Assembly: GCA_951406725.2 (NCBI GenBank)
Contig: OX597829.1
Span: forward strand, 52,514,001-52,578,000
Direction of reading: 5' to 3'
Source of the DNA: Octopus vulgaris
Lineage: Eukaryota
Length of the DNA stretch: 64,000 bases
The position numbers and the translations under genes are program-made. Below the pieces are notes generated by a model that saw only the letters and a list, made by a program, of their open reading frames with translations, did not search any database and had not been told where the DNA came from. Position 1 is the first letter of the stretch. Each line of letters starts with the position of its first letter. Positions 13,987 through 26,709 of this stretch are shown here, in pieces.

Positions 13987-14244
13987 TTATCATTCATCAT
14001 CAACACTATTTCATCTGTTTTATTTTTACAAGCTGGTTGGTATGAGATGGACAAGTTTCGGGGTATCTCACCGCTTGTTACAACCCTTCTCCTTCGTTGT
14101 TGTGTACCCAACATGTTATTTTCACAGACTTTTTATGGTTGGATACCCTTGTAATTGTTAACCACCTTACAGCATGACTACATAAACACACCACACACAC
14201 ACATACAACCGACAATATAAATACTTTTATATATATAAAGTGTT

Positions 14245-14296
<52 letters not shown>

Positions 14297-14424
14297 GTAT
14301 ATAAATACTTTATATATATATTGCATTTTGGGATGGTAATTTTTTTTTATTTTTGCCAAATAAATACACACACTATACATTTGTTCTTCACTTGTCTATT
14401 ACTGTTTTTATTCTAACTGGTGTT

Positions 14425-14475
14425 CGTTGCCCGGAGACCTTTCGTCAGACATCTGTGACCTCTTCAGCAACACTT
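14425..14475 (-). ncRNA. Hammerhead-like motif in a probable Penelope-like terminal-repeat fragment
   Basis: Minus strand reads GUUG-CUGAAGA-G-GUCA[CAGAUGUC]UGAC-GAAA-GGUC-UC-CGG, with AATAAA shortly downstream. The surrounding block is bounded by (TA)n. Confidence 0.5.
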
Positions 14476-14641
14476 TCCATCTTCGTGTGTGCTCTTGCTC
14501 CACTTATTTCATTCTCTAATTAGCGAGTGAAAGAACGAATATATATATATAGTGTGTGTGTTTATTTGGAACCCCCCCCCCCAAAAAAAAAAACATGTTA
14601 CAAAACACGATTTCACATCAGGAATCTTACAACAGAAATTG

Positions 14642-14679
<38 letters not shown>

Positions 14680-14680
<1 letters not shown>

Positions 14681-15038
14681 TGGCTGTGTGGTAAGAAGCT
14701 TACTTCCCAACTACATGGTTCCAGGTTCATGGCACCTTGACCAAGTGTCTTCTACTGTAGCCTTAGGCCAGCCAAAGCCTTGTGAGTGGATTTCGTAGGC
14801 AGAAACTGAAAGAAGCCCATTGTGAGTGTGTGTGTATATATGTGTGAGTGTGTCTGTGTTTGTCCCCCCCACCATTGCTTGTCAACCAATGTTGGTGTGT
14901 TTATGTCCCTGTAACTTAGTGGTTTGGCAAAAGAGACCGATAGAATAAGTACAAACAATAAGTCCTGGGGTCACTTTGTTTGACTAAAGGAGGTGTTCCA
15001 GCATGACCGCAGTCAAATGCCTAAAACAAATGAAAGAG

Positions 15039-15040
<2 letters not shown>
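14680..15040 (+). mobile_element. Family A SINE
   Basis: Colinear with 5988-6391; lies between (TA)n tracts. Confidence 0.85.
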
Positions 15041-15086
<46 letters not shown>

Positions 15087-15421
15087 CGGAGTCAATGTTT
15101 TTAATGTATATATAATATCTATAAAATAAGATGTGTCTATGATATATTGGTTTCAAATTTTAGCACAAGGATAGCAATTTTTGGGGAAGTGTGAGTTGAA
15201 TACATTGACCCCATTGCATAACTGGTAGTTATTTCATTGAACCTGAAAGGATGAAAGGCAAAGTCAACTTTGGAATTTGAACTTAGCGTGTTAGCATGGT
15301 TGAAATGTGTCTAATCATGTCTACACAAATATTTGATCAGTATAAACAAATCATCTGTGTGCTTGTTCAGCAAGAAATTGTCGAAGCCTCATATATCATG
15401 TAACCATGGGAGAGTACATGA

Positions 15422-15458
<37 letters not shown>

Positions 15459-15483
15459 ATGTATGTATGTATGTATGTATATA

Positions 15484-15516
<33 letters not shown>

Positions 15517-15518
15517 GT

Positions 15519-15921
15519 TACACTTCCAGATGGGAAGGGTCTTCCTATGATGCTGACATGTAGTATCTGTGCAAGACCCTGCCTCAGTAAAGCTGGACTC
15601 AAGAGTCATCTTCGTAGTCATAAAGCGAGACAGATGGGTGACAACCTGGCCACTGGTTGTGGTGTAACACACCATACTAATCATATCTGTCGGGCATGTG
15701 GAAGAGAGTGTAATTTGGCAGGAGGACTTAAATGACATGCAAAGGTACATAAAGCCCAGTTACAACTACAGCCGGCTATTACCGGTAAAGGTTTTAGCTG
15801 CCAAATCTGTACAAGACATTTTAGATCTTTAGCTGGGCCAAAAAGTCACATTTGATCACAGTACCAGTAACAGTTAAGCTTCATGCAATGGCCATACTCG
15901 ATAACAAGGGGGAAGCTATCA
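15519..15921 (+). mobile_element. LINE 3' fragment (RTE-like) with three C2H2 zinc fingers, pseudogenised
   Basis: One frame gives CSICARPCLSKAGLKSHLRSH, CRACGRECNLAGGLK*HAKVH and CQICTRHFRSLAGPKSHI*S. The two in-frame TGA sit at likely Arg positions. A short UTR and a (CA)n tail follow. Confidence 0.65.
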
Positions 15922-15936
15922 TACACACACACACAC

Positions 15937-16144
15937 TTGAGGGGGTACTGAAAAATTCCTGGTTTTGAGGATATCACAAAAGGCTTGGTTGAAGGCCCAA
16001 CCTTCCAAATTATTTTACTGGGCTTAGAAAAACTGAAGGACAGCTGCAATAAATGTGTGAATCTAAGAGGGGACTATGTTGAATAACTGATTCTCCTGCA
16101 TTTTCTTTTACCCAAAGCCAAGAACTTTTCAGTTCCGCCTTGTG
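15937..16144 (+). mobile_element. Mariner-derived MITE
   Basis: Imperfect TIRs gagggggtactgaaaaattcctggttttg / caaagccaagaacttttcagttccgccttg. 16021-16086 encodes GLEKLKDSCNKCVNLRGDYVE*, a mariner C-terminus. Confidence 0.75.
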
Positions 16145-16779
16145 TATTTACGCCATTAAGTCTGTATATCTTTTTGCGAAAGACATATTTAATTCATTGT
16201 TTTCTGCGTAAATAACATTCATCACTTCCTCCCTTGCCTCCCACAACTTTTATCTCGTAGCCAAGACTGAAAGCAGTGAGTTTTGAAGACGGAGTTAAAT
16301 GAAAGTTGCTTAGAATTCTGAGAATTTTACTGGTATTATTATTGGTATTACTTTTGTTGATCCCCACCCCCACCCAGATATGAAATGAATTTGACTTTTT
16401 GGGAGATCTAATAACAACTACATTTAATTTGAAGTTGTAATGACCCAGTTGTTATCATTTCCTCTTGATTTAATATTAAAAACTTCTTTTAAGATTCGTT
16501 ACTGAAATTGAATAAGGCAATCTAAAAATAATATGGCTATCAAAGATTTTGTTCTTTTACAAAACCACCTACTCAATTTTTTTTTTCTGGTAAGGTTGTG
16601 TGAAAGGTGAATATTTTTTAAATTTGTTTCCTGCCGTCTAAAAATTTTCATTTGTATGTCTTTAATTCTGTATTACATGACTTGAATTAGTTTTTAAATG
16701 AATATATAAATGAAACTGAATTAATTACAACAGTTGAATATATACATATGTATGTATCTATATAATATAAAGTAAGATC

Positions 16780-17372
16780 ACAGCCGTGACCGATGCCAGT
16801 GTTGCATAACCAGTCCATTTAAAAGTACCCTTGAATTGTCAGGCGATATGTGCTTGAGAAGACCTGTTGAGTTAAGTGAAATCAATATTGTAGTCATGGC
16901 TTAGTGCCGCCTGACTGGCACCCATGCTGGTGGCACGTAATAAGCACCATTAGAGCATGGGGCAATGCCAGTGCCGCCTAACTGGCTCCCCATGCCGGTG
17001 GCATGTAAAAAGCACCATGCAAATGTGGTCGATGCTGGTGCCCCCTGACTGGCTTCCATTTCAGTGGCATGTAAAATGCACCTTTCAAGTGTGGCCATTG
17101 CCAGTGCCCCCTGACTGGTTCTCATCTTGGTGGCATGTAAAAAGCACCGTTCAAGCGTGGTCGATGCCAGTACCACCTGACTCGCCCCCATGCCGGTGGC
17201 ACGTAAAAAGCACCCACTACACTCACGGAGTGGTTGGTGTTAGGAAGGGCACCCAGCTGTAGAAACCTTGCCAGCTCAGATTGGAGCCTGGTACAGCCTT
17301 CTGGCTTGCCAATCTTCAGTCAAACCATCAAACCCATGCCAGCATGGAATACGAATGTTAAACGATGATGAT
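16780..17372 (+). mobile_element. Family B retroposon with internal ~66-bp tandem units and a (GAT)n tail
   Basis: Five units containing ggtggcaYgtaaaaagcacc; 3' aacccatgccagcatggaa...aacgatgatga. Confidence 0.8.
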
Positions 17373-18373
17373 TTAATGTTATCTCTACAGAATAAAAACT
17401 TGAAAGCCTGTACTGAAAGCTACAATGTTTCGTTTAAGTATATATTTATGTAAATAATGTGATTAAAGTATATTATGGTTGCATAATGGAATACAGTGGT
17501 TCCACAAGTCATTGACATGTATGTACCAGCTGTCAGGAATATGCTTAATATTTAAAATTGGTATATCCAGTAATGTTACACCATTATATTTAGTGGCTAT
17601 TTAAGCAATAAATTTGTGGATGGTTAATGGGTTGGATGTGGTACTGATGTGGTACTGATGAAGGAATATGTCTTCAGTTGCATTGTTTACATAGATGTTT
17701 TCATATATGAAATGTAACTTTCAGTGCTGGCTCTAATTTCTATAGAAAAATCTGTAGAGATAATTTTAAAAAGTGACTGAATTTCACTGCTAACACAGGT
17801 GGGACATGGTCTTGACTTATGAGCCTTTAATATGCTTGTAAGTATACTATCGTTGCATAACAAAATATAATGTCCTACCAGCAGTTAACACACTTTCATT
17901 TTTACATCTAGTTTTCCGTGTTGGCATGGGTCAGACAGGTTCATCACTGTTTTAATTTGTTCTACAAAGAGTCATTCATCCTCTTTATAGGACCATCCTA
18001 GGCATAGTCTTTAAACCACGGCTTACTTATCCATTTTTGTTTTAACATGGTTTCTATAGCTGGACAATCTTCATAGCACTAACCACTTTACTGTGTGTAC
18101 TGGAGTGCATTTTATATCCTATTAGTAGCACTAAAGAGAAATTGTCCTAGATAAGATTATGGGTCTTTTGAACTCTATTCATGCCTTTGTTGATCAACGA
18201 CTTCACAAAGTGTATTGAGTGCATTTTTAATATAAACACCATTGCTTGTGAAGCTGTTTGTGTCAGGATATATAATATTAGATACTTTCAAGCACGAATT
18301 CACAGCTCTACAATTTTAGCATATGTTTATCACATTAATTATACTTGAATGATAAGCAATGTAATTTTCTGAT

Positions 18374-18736
18374 ATCAACTCAGCTTTAGTGAAGGCAGAG
18401 GTATTGTTTTCAGTCATGTTTGTTTGTTTGTTTGTCCCTGGACAATATATCTCAAGAACCAATGGATGGATTCGGATGAAACTTTCAGGGATGTTTGACC
18501 TCATGACTGGCATGAACTGATTAGATTTTGGGATTGATCCGGATTCTGGATTATTTTTCCATTTTTTTTTTTTACTTAACTTTTGAGAGTGGTCAGGTTC
18601 ATTTTTAGTATTCTCGTTTGTGAGAGTAGTTGAGTTTATTTCAGATATTCTCATTTCGAAGATCATCTCTGGCTAATCATTGAGAGGACATTGGTGTTGC
18701 CTTGGTGGAGTTTTGCGCTCTCACAGTGCTCTTGTT
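18374..18736 (+). mobile_element. Helentron-associated non-autonomous element (HINE/DINE-1-like)
   Basis: 5' subterminal inverted repeat aactcagc...aaggcagaggt, a (gttt)n tract, and 3' ccttggtggag followed by hairpin gcgct-ctcac-agtgc. Confidence 0.6.
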
Positions 18737-19141
18737 ATTGTTATTTTCTTTTAAATATTTATTCAGATTTAACAGTTACCCCATGTGATTGTGGCATGAT
18801 AGATACATATTGAAATGTTGATGGAGAATATACTGATCGAAATGTCTTGTCTTTTACTTGTTTCAGTTATTGGGGTGTGGCCATGCTGGGGACACTGCTT
18901 TGAAGGGATTTAGTCAAATGAATTGACCCCAGTAACTTTTTTTTTTTAGCTTTGTACTTACTCTAGTGGTCTCTCTTGCTGAATTGATAAGCTATGGGAC
19001 ATAAATAAACCAACACTGGCTGTAATGCATGATGAGGGACATCATAAAAGACATGTGGTGGTGGTGGGACACTATAGCCCTGGGCTGACCAAGCACTTGT
19101 GAGTAGATTTGGTTGACAGAATCTGAAAGAAGACCATTGTA

Positions 19142-19390
19142 TATATGGTGGTGGTTGCCTGCACCTTATGCAGAGTTTGACTTCCACTTGTATCTACACC
19201 TTAGAACCATCATGGCATCTGTTGTGGCTTTTTAAACCAGACAATGTTTTGAAAAGACACCCACATAGATTGCATGTCCGATGTGGACCACTTAGAACTG
19301 CAGATAAGTTCTTGTCTTTGTGGATCTTAAAAATGCCTTTTGAAGCTTCCATTAGATTTGCAAACCTTCTTGCATACATTGCATTGAAAA
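19142..19390 (-). mobile_element. LINE 3' fragment (RTE-like) with a terminal C2H2 finger, inserted in a family A SINE
   Basis: ORF 19194-19379 contains CNLCGCLFKTLSGLKSHNRCH. A short UTR ends in (cca)n. Confidence 0.6.
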
Positions 19391-22300
19391 GTGTGTAGAG
19401 ACATATATATGCAGAATAGTTGGTGGGGGTTCGCTTTCCATGGGTTCGCAGATAAGATTTTAGCCCAGCAAAAGACAGGCATGGTCTGTCACAAATTTTG
19501 TGTGTGTGTATGTGTCAATCCCCAACACCTCCACTTGACAACCAGTCTTGGTTTGAACTTGCGTCCTTGTAACTTTGGAGTTCAGCGTAAGAGATCAATA
19601 GAATAAATACCAGGTTTTTTTTTTATAAAAAGGAAGTACTGGGCTCAATTTGTTCAACTAAACCCTTCGTGATGCTCCAGCCTGGCCACAGCCTAATGAC
19701 TGAAACAAGTAAAAGATAACTTAACCAGGCATGGCTGGCTGGGTGGTTAGGAAGCTTGTTTCCCAACCACACAGTTTTGGGTTCAGTACCACTGCATGAC
19801 ACCTTGGGTACATGTTTCTTCTACGATAGCCGTGGGTGACCAAAGCCTTATGAGTGGTTTTCATAGAAAAACTGAAAGAAACCTATTGTATTTTCCACTT
19901 TGCTTTTGAGAAGTGGGTCTTAATTTTAATATCATTGAGAATTGTAACAGGACGCACACCTGAGACACCATATACACATTACATATGAATGTGGTTACTA
20001 CATAAGTTATAGCCTCCTTGAAACAGCTGTCAAGATAAGACTTTGCATAATTCTTCTGTTCTTTTGTTCTCTTTTTTTCTTTATTCTGTAAATTGTATTT
20101 TGTTCTCTATCTAAATATGTCTTGAGCCTGTGCATGTGTGTGTGTGTGTGTCTCTCTCTCACACACACACATTCACATACATTCACACACATTAGTGTGG
20201 TGTGTGTCTTTCAGTTTGTCGCCCCCTTGCCACCATCTGACAACTGGCATTGGTTTGCTTACTTCTTCAGTGTAATTTAGCAGTTCAGCATAAGAGACTA
20301 ATAGAATAAATATGAGGGTCAGTTCGCTCAACTAAAACCATTCAAGGTGTTTCTCCAGCATGGCTGCAGTCCAATGACTGAAACAAGTAAAAAACGTAAA
20401 AGATAAAAACCTGTTTGTAGAATCTGTATAAAAAAAATAAATAAATATTTATCAGTCATGATTGATGATATCTGAACAAACGAATCTGTTAACAAATGCC
20501 TTGAGAGAGTATTTACTTACAAAAATAGCATGAAATATATTGAAGATAAGTTTTCAAACTATTGCTATTCAAAATAAAGAATTAAGCCATACAATTTTCT
20601 CCTCCTTGGCTTTATAGAAGCCTACACAATAAACTGAAGATATTTGCATGGAAATTGAGGTTATGCAGTACAGCAGATGATTGTAATTGTTGATGTTTGC
20701 TGTTAAAGAAGAGAGTCTCGAATAAGAGAGAGGTTAAGTTTTTAATAAACAAATATGGATGAATAGGGAAAGTTGTTGTTTTGTCCCGTGTCAGCCCTTC
20801 ATTGAAAAGACTTGTGATAAAAGCTGTTTCAGCTGTGACTATTTCATCTTTCACCAGTCATACTATATCTAAGATTACATTAGCCAATGTGTGTCCATTT
20901 TTGTTTTTACTGATAGTAGAGTGAGATTCAAACAATTACATACAGGCTCCATTTTCAGTTCATTAGTTGGAACTAGTTAGTCTTTGATGTGATTAATAAT
21001 CATCATCATCATCATCATTTAGCATCCACTTTCCATGCTAGCATGGGTTGGACGGTTCAACTGGGGTCTGGGAAGCCAGAAGGCTGCACCAGGCCAGTCA
21101 GATCTGGCAATGTTTCTACGGCTGGATGCCCTTCCTAACGCCAACCACTCAATGATGATAATTGATGATGATGATGATGATAGTAATCCTTTCTGTTATA
21201 GACACAAGGCTTGATTTTTTTTTTTTTTTGGAAAGGCTCAAGTCAATTACATAAACCCCAGTGCATGACTGGTACTTATTTCATTGACTCTGAAAGGATG
21301 AAAGGCTAAGTTGACCTTGGTGGAATTTGAACTAAGAACATAAAGATGGACATAAAGATGGACAATCTGCCTGGCAACATTTTGTCCAACGTGTTAATGA
21401 TTTGACCAGCTTGCTACCTTAATGATAATAACTACCGGTAGTGTTTGGTGTGAAGCTTAGGAAAACTGGTTTCCATGCAGTTTCAAGAACTGAATGCAAC
21501 GAAGGCAGGTTGTACAAGAAATAGTTGCAGTCAAAAATGGAGCTGGGTTATTAATTGTCCAAGAGCAGAGTCCATAGTTGGTGGGTGGAGAAAAAGTTAA
21601 AAAGCAAAAAACAAAAAAAATTGCAGGAATTTATCTGAATGTCGAGATATTGATTTTTCTGTTCAAACTGTTACGGATCATTGGGTGAAGAATCTTTAGT
21701 TCAATAAGTTTAATGAAATTGATTATGTAAATTGAAGAGTTAACTTATGGTTCATTATTATTATTTTTCTCTTTTTGTTTTGTTGGGTTGCTTAAAATTT
21801 GGAACTAATTGGTCCTATTGAAGTTCAATGGTAATTTCTTTTTATAGCCTTGTTTGGGAGCAACAAAGAAAATTAGATTTTAAATAAGGAAAGAATTTGA
21901 TTAACCCTGTCAAGCTGTATTTTTGCTGTAGGAAGACTAGGTTGAATGTCACCTCTGCTGGATTCTCGTTAAAGTGGTAATTAACGAACAGCACTCACGG
22001 AAAAAGAAGGTGCAGCTGATTCTGTCCATTAGTTTGTCTGCAATTGTTACTATTGAACTGTATATGCAACTAGTGTTAGTTTTTTGCTCAGGAATGCAGG
22101 TGGAGAGTAAAGTTAGACAGGGGGGGATCCAAGTCTGACAAGATTAAAAGTATGTGTGAGTATGAGGAGAGTTATAAGAAATTGGACTACAAAATACTTT
22201 TTAAGAATCATTTACTTCGACATTGAGATGATGCTTTTTTTTTTTTTTTTGTTTACTGAACACATTTAAGATAAATTTGACATTCTTCTCTCACCCACTT

Positions 22301-23766
22301 CTACGCAACATCAATTTCTTTTAGTCTGTCGTATTAAATACTACAAGTAATAGCAGCCAACCATCAGTTGTTATCAACACTGTACACTGTTGACTGTTTG
22401 ACTGTTTGACTATTTTGGTGTTGGCTGAAATGATTGTAGTCTTATCAAAAGCTACATATGTCTTTGTTGTATCAAAATGATGTCTTTTCCTTGTATTTAA
22501 GAATTTAGAACAGATTGCCAACTTTATTTACTTCTTTCCATTCCGACAGTTTTAAGGTCATGAAATAGGGTGTTGAAAAGAAAAAATTTAAATAAAGAAA
22601 GAAAAAAATTCCTTGGATGAATTTGCTTTCTCCAGCTCCTTTCAATGCGGTTTTCGTATTACATAAACTAAACTGACACATTACTATAATCAGTTGTGAT
22701 TATTTTGTGTCTGGCAGGGGAAAATAAATAACATCCCAATTAAATGAAGTTAAAGTTGACATTAGCAGAAGAGCCCAAAACTGACATCTCCACACAAACA
22801 AGCTACTCTATTACATATTATTCAGAATAGTTGGTTTACATTCTGATTAAAACTTTCATGCTCCCCATCACTAGCAAGGGAGGGGGAGGGAGAGAGAGAG
22901 AGAGAGAGGACAAGAGAGAGAGAGAGTGTATGTGTGTGTGTTGTATTCTTTGCCTCTTCAATAAAGGAGGTACTTCTGAAGTTCAACAGGCCTTAACTCT
23001 ATTTCTCTTAAATCACAGAATTATTCCAGGGTTCATCAATGACTGTGTCAATTTTTCTGTGCCGATTCTTCACAATTAGAAACACCAAACTGGATCAAAG
23101 CTATTTCCCTCATGTTTTTCCTAATTTTCTTTATATTTTTGAAATGAGTACCTTTGATAAATAAGACATTTTGGTAAATACCTTCTTTTGATGTGGATGT
23201 AATGACACAAAATAACTCATTTTGATAATAAAGTCTCACTTTACTATCAAAGGTATTTTTTCTGCTGTGATCCCCCTGTCTGTCTTTTTGTTCAGATAAT
23301 ACATCTAGGACTTTATTAATCTAACATGTCCTCTTTTAAGATGGTTTAGCTTGTGATATGAAGATTTTGGTGCTATTTCTAGCAGGTCAGTAACCTGGAT
23401 TCTGATGAGGTAATGATGATGGTAGCAGTTAAGGTGATAAGGCAGATATATATATATATATATATATAAAGATAATTTTATAATTTAGTTAAACCGTAAA
23501 AGGACTGTAGATGGAAGTGCTCAGGTAACACTGAGACGAAAGGGAAAAATAGATGTTTCAGAGGACCGCCTGAATCTTGATCTTGAATTGAACCTGCAGC
23601 AAATTCTTTCTCTTAATTTAATCATTAATTTTTGAAATGGACAATGGACTAAAATTCTGATTCTGTTTTGTCTGATTACTTAAGGTCATTGGACATTATA
23701 TATTTTACCTCCTTACACCGTTTTAGAATTGATTGACTACCAGAAATGTGAGACTTTTGTAAATTT

Positions 23767-23859
23767 TCTCCTGAAGAAAAAAGTTCATTGCTTTTGGATT
23801 TCCTTAATGGATTTTACATTGACGAAGGGAGGCAACGTGCTTTGAAATGATTGTAGAGA
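23767..23859 (+). ncRNA. Hammerhead-like motif with a long loop II, in a (TA)n-flanked ~720-bp block
   Basis: Reads UCUC-CUGAAGA-AAAAAG...CUUU-GAAA-U[GAUU]G-UA-GAGA. Stem I pairs UCUC with GAGA and stem II pairs AAAG with CUUU. Confidence 0.4.
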
Positions 23860-24175
23860 TGCATTTGAACGGACTCTTTTCTGGTCACCACTTTGCCCTC
23901 TATTTTTATATTATTTTAGTTTCATTGCCTTAGATTTTTAGTCACTTTTATTAGGCATTAATTTAATCCATATATTTTTCTTCATTCGGCTTCACCCGTA
24001 TTACCCTTTTAAGTTTTATCACCTTTTATTCATATATATGTGTATATTTTATACTGTTGGGTTTTACCATTGGTTGCCCTGATGTTTTAATATATGTTTA
24101 TGTTCAATTTATGATAATATGGGAATGTTATAAAGTAGTTTTGACCAATTAGAGCATTTATTCATTATAACTTTC

Positions 24176-24211
<36 letters not shown>

Positions 24212-24390
24212 TCATCATCATCATTTAGTGTCCGCTTTCCATGCTAGCATAAGTTGGATGGTTCAACTGGGGTCTGTGAAGCCAGAAGGCTGAATCAGGC
24301 CCAGTCTGATCTGGCAGTGTTTCTACGGCTGGATCCCCTTCCTAATGCCAACCACTCCGTGAGTGTAGTGGGTGCTTTTTACGTGCCACC

Positions 24391-24713
24391 TTTAGTCAAA
24401 CAAATTGACTCCAGGGCTTATTCTTTGTAAGCCTAGTACTTATCCTATCGGTCTCTTTTACCGAACCGCTTGGTTACGGGGGACGTAAACACACCAACAT
24501 CGGTTGTCAAGCAGTGATGGGGGGACAAACACACACACACACACACACATAAATACAACGGGCTTTTTTCAGTTTCCATCTACCAGATCCATTCACAAGG
24601 CTTTGGTCAGCCTGAGGCTATAGTAAAAGACACTTACCCAAGGTGCCATGCAGTGTGACTGAACCTGGAACTGTGTGGTTGTTAAGCAAGCTACTTACCA
24701 CGTAGCCACTCCT
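24391..24713 (-). mobile_element. Family A SINE fused to a family B fragment (24210-24390)
   Basis: Reverse complement of the family A pattern seen in this window. Confidence 0.85.
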
Positions 24714-26472
24714 AAAGTCTTAATTTGAGAAAAGCATCATTATATAGGAAGAACTACAATATTTGTCAAATGTGTTCTTACCTGTATGAAAGCAGGGATG
24801 TGAATTGAGGGGATCTGTTTGCTATTTCTAGCAAGGTAAACATATTTGGCCTGGCAATCTACCATTCCTGGAACTTCTATATGATTGTTTATGTTTGAAT
24901 CCCAATAGTTGACATGAAAAAACAAAAAGATTGTACTTGTATTTAGATTAATGATTTTATGAAACACAATTCCATGATCAAAAATTATGTAAAGTAATAA
25001 AATTAACATGCTCATTATCAATATATATATATATATATATATATCAGCATCCTCGTTTAATGTCCGTTTTCCATGCTAGCACAGGTTGGATGGTTCAACC
25101 AGGGTTTGGAAAGACAGAAGGCTGCGCCAGACTACAGTCTGATCTGGCAGTGTATCTACAGCTCGATGCCCTTCCTAATGCCAACCACTCCATGAGTGTA
25201 GTGGGTGCTTTTTATGTGCCACCGGCACAGGAGCCAGACGAGGCTGGCAAACGTCCATGATCGGTTGGTGCTTTTTACGTGTCACCGACACAGATGCCAG
25301 TCAGGCAGCGCTGGCTTCAGCCACATTCAGATGGTGCTTTTTACATACCACCAGCCTTTTTCCTCTCTCAAGTCTAGATGTCATGTTGGCTCATACGAAT
25401 ATACATACACAAGACATTTGAGTGTAATTTAATGGTGATTTGGTTCCAACTTCTTGCAGATAAGGCAACCACATTGAGGTACCCTCATTGGTTAATGCTT
25501 ATGTTTTTTTTTCTATCATATGTTATGAGAAGAGGATATAAAATTTGTTTGGACTCTGTTCATATTTTCTGTTGTTCAAAAAACAATAGAAAGAAGGCTG
25601 CCTGTAGTGTAATCAATTTCTTTATCACCTGAAAACCTATAGGCAGCTTGTTCAAGTGCAATTCAGTTCTTATATGAATCAATCCCTCTATTTGACCTTG
25701 TCTTCATATCAGATTTAGTTGTTAATTATCTTTGATAGAATTGTTAACACCTCCTGGACAAAATGCTTAGCAGCATTTCTTCTGGTTTTTCATTCCGAGT
25801 TGAAATACCACCGAGATTGACTTTGCCTTTCATCCTTTCGGGGGTTGATAAAATAAGTATCAGTTGAGCAGTTCCCCCTCTCTTCAAAAATGCTGACCTC
25901 ATATCAAAATTGTAACAAATTATCATTGTACTTAGATTCAATTCACACGATCCCTTTCAAGTTCCCCTATTTAATGAGAACAAAATAAGTAAAGAAACTA
26001 AGATGTGTTGAAAAAGAAAAAAAAAAATTTTCATAGTAGTTCAATAAGAAATATGTCAGTTGGAAAGTTTGGAGGTAATGGTGTGTTGTATTGATTGTGT
26101 GGTGTGAATGAGTTAGTTACCTCATGCTGTAATTGATTTCTTACATCAATACAACACTGTTATACATTTTTAATAGAATAAAGAAATCATGATTAGGTTG
26201 TGTTTATGATTTTTTTTCTCAAGAGCTTGGAGTGGAAATATCTGTGAAACTGTAAATATTTTAAACAGTAAATTGACACCGGTTGAAAGCTTTATTGTTG
26301 ATCTATGGCACATGTAAGTTTTATGTATCTCAAAAATGAAAATGATATGGTTGTATTTAAACCTCAAACTTGTTCTGTTCTGCACTGAGAGACCTATCAT
26401 CAAATATTTCAGACTCATAAGTGGGATTTACAAGTGAAGAAAAATTGTTTCCAAACCTAGAACGATGTTTCT

Positions 26473-26709
26473 TATTTCTTTATTGCCCACAAGGGGTTAA
26501 ACATAGAGGGGACGAACAAGGACATACAAAGGGATTAAGTCGATTACATCGACCCCCAGTGCGTAACTGGTACTTAATTTATCGACCCTGAAAGGATGAA
26601 AGGCAAAGTTGACATCGGCGGAATTTGAACTCAGAATGTAACGGCAGACGAAATACTGATAAGCGTATCGCCCGGCGTGCTAATGTTTCTGCCAGCTTGC
26701 TGCCTTAAT
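26473..26709 (-). mobile_element. Family C tRNA-derived SINE (Meta-domain-like core, Tx1-type tail)
   Basis: B box GAGTTCAAATTCC, core actttgcctttcatcctttc..ggtcgataaattaagtaccag, and perfect 17-bp TSD cctagaacgatgtttct (26456-26472, 26710-26726). Confidence 0.9.

Noticed and set aside
16900-17215. Regularly spaced repeat resembling a CRISPR array
   Set aside because: The spacers are homologous to each other, the array is internal to a retroposon, the context is eukaryotic and there are no cas genes.
17655-17661. CTGATGA hammerhead core
   Set aside because: No GAAA follows a stem II.
23402-23408. CTGATGA hammerhead core
   Set aside because: It lies in a (GAT)-like tract with no stems or GAAA.
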